Of a DNA stretch of 64,000 nt, positions 60,769 through 64,000 are shown one piece after another (position 1 is the stretch's first letter; each line of letters begins with the position of its first letter). Under the pieces are notes generated by a model. That model ran no database searches and had not been told where the DNA came from. It saw nothing but the letters and a program-made list of their open reading frames with translations. Origin of the DNA: Octopus sinensis (taxonomy: Eukaryota); contig NC_043013.1 of assembly GCF_006345805.1 (NCBI RefSeq), positions 48,546,001 to 48,610,000 on the forward strand, written 5' to 3'. The translations under genes were made by a program, and so were the position numbers.

Positions 60769-61871
60769 ACGGGTTTAACTAGTGCAGTATTGCTGACCCA
60801 CATCGTGGGTGTGGCGCCGGCATGTCTGGTAAAGGAACTGACAGGTTCTTTGTTTAGTGGGAGACTGATGAGTTTTGGAAGGACCTGTGACCTCGTGCGG
60901 TTGAGAAAAGGGTCAGTGAGAATGTGAAAGAGGAAGACAGATTAAGGGAATCTAAGAGCAGATGGAGAGGGTATTGACAGTAAGAGAGAAGGACAGGCAG
61001 AGAGTATGGTAGAGCTGTCATGAGAGAGATAGAGTATAAGACTAAGGGACAGTTAGAGAGGGTATGAGCGGTACAGAGGGAGATGAGGGAGTGGAAGAAG
61101 CACAGAGACGAAGTGAGGTCTTGGCAGTCGTTGAGCGGTCGTCGAAGAACACAGACGGATCTTGCAGTCGCTGGCCGGTCCTCGAAGAAGATTCTGGAGG
61201 TCAGAGCGAGTAGATGGAATCTTAGAAGCGTTGGAATTTTAGGAGCAAGTTGGATGCGAGAACGCTTGGCGGCACAGAAGGGAATTAGCAGTATTCAGAG
61301 GATTTAGCAGTATTGAGAGGAATGGGACACTGGCAGATTCAATTAGGAATTGAGGTATGTGTTGTGCATTGATATGTGTCACGGTGTATTGAACAGTGAA
61401 GAGAACAGTCAAGGACTCTGTCGATATGTCGATTATCGAGTTGTGGTATTTATGTTCAGAATTGAGTAAAGGACTTGTTGATGTGACTTTATCTGTGATG
61501 TTTAGGAAGAGACTTTAGAGAACTGTTGTCTTCGGACGTGAACTTTAAATTGTACTCTTGAATTGCTGTTGTATTATGCCTTGATCTGTTGTATGATGTA
61601 TTGAGTAGTCACGTGCATGTCTTCCTTTAAATGTCTGCCTTAAATGTATTTGATGTTGTAACCATTGATTGTCGTATAAACTGTTGTTAAATATAAGCCA
61701 GTGTTGCCAGTTGTTGCCTTGCCTCTTTTGGTGTCTCTCTCGAGTTGTGCCTCTGTATCTCTGTGCTGCTGCGGTTGTTGTTGTTGTTGTTGTATCTCTC
61801 CTCTCTCCTCTTTGGGTTCCGTGGCGAACTTGTTGCCGTTCGGGCGAGCGACGACGGGTGATTCCGTAACA
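60765..61871 (+). mobile_element. Solo LTR (Gypsy-like)
   Basis: TGTTACGG...CCGTAACA termini; ATAT on both sides (TSD ambiguous next to (TA)n); 1107 bp. Confidence 0.75.
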
Positions 61872-61926
61872 ATATACACATATATGTATATGTATGTATA
61901 TGTATATCTATATCTAACTATACCTA

Positions 61927-62023
<97 letters not shown>

Positions 62024-62049
62024 CTCCGCCATGTTGGACTGCTGAAATC

Positions 62050-62189
62050 TGCAATTTTATTTTTCATTCTCTCTCTGTTTATTTTCTCTTATTCCTTTCT
62101 GAAACGTTAAAGATTTTTCACTTTTCCCGACTCTCAAATCTACACGCTTGATATTTATACACCTGTCTTCGTCCTGTATTTTTCTATAA

Positions 62190-62196
<7 letters not shown>
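62050..62196 (+). mobile_element. PLE 3' end fragment
   Basis: GAAACGTTAAAGA...ACACCTGTCTTCGTC shared with 32221-32340; ends in (TA)n. Confidence 0.4.
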
Positions 62197-62267
<71 letters not shown>

Positions 62268-62889
62268 CATACATATATACACATATACATAATACATACG
62301 TATATACAAATATGTCCACATGATTTCCCGCTTGCTTTTAACTTGGTTGAAAATATTTCAATCAAATTCTATTCACATTGTAACTGATTATGTCTTAAAC
62401 TGATGTTAAGTGAAAAATTACAATTTTTTTTTCTTTCAATTAGTCTAGTTAACGGTGAAATTATTCAAGTAAATGTTTTCACGTAAACGAAAAAAACAGA
62501 AATTCAAACACATAAAACAATAGAAAATTCTTAATTACTTTAGAGAAACAAACTTGATAGATTATGAATTGATGAGAAAATGAAAATGCTTAAGAGGACA
62601 CACTGTATACACGCCGCTTTTGTTTATATTTTATAGTTCGAGGCATTCATTGCTCTTAATATCAATTTGATGTCTCGGAATTCTTGATGTCGTTCAGTTA
62701 AAACTTCCAATTATGTTGCATTTAATGTTCCTTGATGTTTTAAATGCGTAACTGACTTCATTATCTCAGTGATAAAGTTAACACTTAGCAATCAGTAAAT
62801 GAAATATATCGAAATTTTAAATTGTTGTTGGTTTCGTTGATTCGTGCCGCGTCTATGTACACACACATCGCGTGTTGTTTGCACGCCAT

Positions 62890-63288
62890 ATATATATATA
62901 TATATATAAAACTGTAGTTGTGTGAGTGTCTGTCCCCTTCGATTTAGATTCCTAACTACTCCCACATTTTGCGGTGCAGTTTAACCAAAACCGGGTATCT
63001 TATAGTCGTGATTTATATCGAGCCCTTCTGGGTATTAGCGCGCGTCTACGATGAGTCAACGATTTAAAAAAAAAATTACCATCATTTTTTTCCATTTTCA
63101 TGCATATTTTTTTAAAGGGAAGTAACTCTCTAAAAATGTCTACGATGAGTCAACGATTAAAAAAAATTTACCATCATTTTTTTTCCATTTTTAATGCATT
63201 TTTTTGCTATTTTTTGGCTATAACTCTCTAAAAATGCTGTATAGTTATTTCCCTTACAAACCCGAGCAACGCCGGGCGATACTGCTAG
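62890..63288 (+). mobile_element. Non-autonomous Helitron
   Basis: 3' about 90 bp shared with 37899-38244; CCCGAGCAACGCCGGG hairpin, CTAG|T at 63285-63288; internal direct repeat. Confidence 0.75.
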
Positions 63289-63299
63289 TATATATATAA

Positions 63300-63945
63300 G
63301 TCGTTCTCCGATACGGTACTCTCAACGAAGAGTCGTTTTACGGTCCCAGTGAGCAGGAAACGTGGTCAGAATGGATATTTCGATTCTCGCCGTTTTGTGA
63401 TACAGTAATCACTCGACCATTCTGTGCCCTCAGTACAGATCCATTAACGAATGAAGATCTGATGACGGAGATGACGAAGTCAGCAAGCGAAGAGGAGAAG
63501 GAGGAGGAAGAGGAGGTGGAGGAAGAAGAAGAAGAAGAAGAAGGAAGAGGAGAAGAAGAAGAAAAAGGAGAAGAAGAAGGAAAAGGAGACGAAGAAGAAG
63601 GAGAAGAAGAAGGAAAAGGAGAAGGAGAAGAAGAAGGAGAAGAAGGAGGAGGAGGAGGAGAAGAAGAAGGAGAAGAAGGAGAAGAAGAAGAAGAAGGAGA
63701 AGAAGAAGATCTAGAGGAAGAAGAAGAAGTCGGCCTACCACTAGAACGTCTCCCAACTCTAACAAAAACGGCAAAAGAACTTCAGACAATGGCGGACAAT
63801 TGGGACCTCCTGATGATTCGTGCGTTGCAGGTCAGGAATGCAATCGACGGAGCCATGGAAGTTTATAAAAACCTCCTTACACAGAAGGAAAGGCAGCACT
63901 AGCAACTGCTCATCACTATGTCCCTCACTGGCAGCAAAAAATAAA
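63300..63945 (+). mobile_element. pogo/Tigger transposase C-terminal relic with (GAA/GGA)n expansion
   Basis: DPLTNEDL...LERL...YKNLLTQKERQH*QLLITM matches the Tigger/TIGD1-type C-terminus as recalled; in-frame stop. Confidence 0.65.
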
Positions 63946-64000
63946 AAAATAAATAAATAAAAAAAGAGAAGACACGGGTACTCTTAAGAGTATGGGGAAA

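Overview
Eukaryotic, AT-rich, repeat-dense DNA, most likely a coleoid cephalopod (Octopus-type). That assignment is inferred from the tRNA-derived SINE families and the (TA)n/(CA)n/(CAT)n load, not from a database search. There are no bacterial-style genes and no CRISPR array, and almost every entry in the ORF track is a microsatellite, SINE or decayed-transposon artefact. One credible host gene is present and is missed by the ORF track because it is spliced. It has three + strand exons (6473-6489, 11583-11694, 16098-16241), an NRF1-type promoter motif and an AATAAA signal, and encodes a 90-aa protein with a presequence-like N-terminus and one transmembrane helix (candidate mitochondrial microprotein). 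Three more promoter-like islands lie at about 36.8-37.1, 43.9 and 59.6-59.7 kb; the last is a TATA/Inr promoter upstream of three small ORFs and a polyA signal. The rest is a mobile-element patchwork: a decayed Penelope-like element with inverted pseudo-LTRs, several PLE ends in (TA)n carrying hammerhead-ribozyme motifs (one structurally intact, with C3U/G8A covariation), four SINE/LINE-tail families with swapped modules, a 6-copy SINE array, Merlin-like and hAT MITEs, Helitrons, mariner/Tigger relics, RTE/CR1-like/R4-Dong fragments and a solo LTR. All coordinates and alignments were read by eye; repeat boundaries are approximate.
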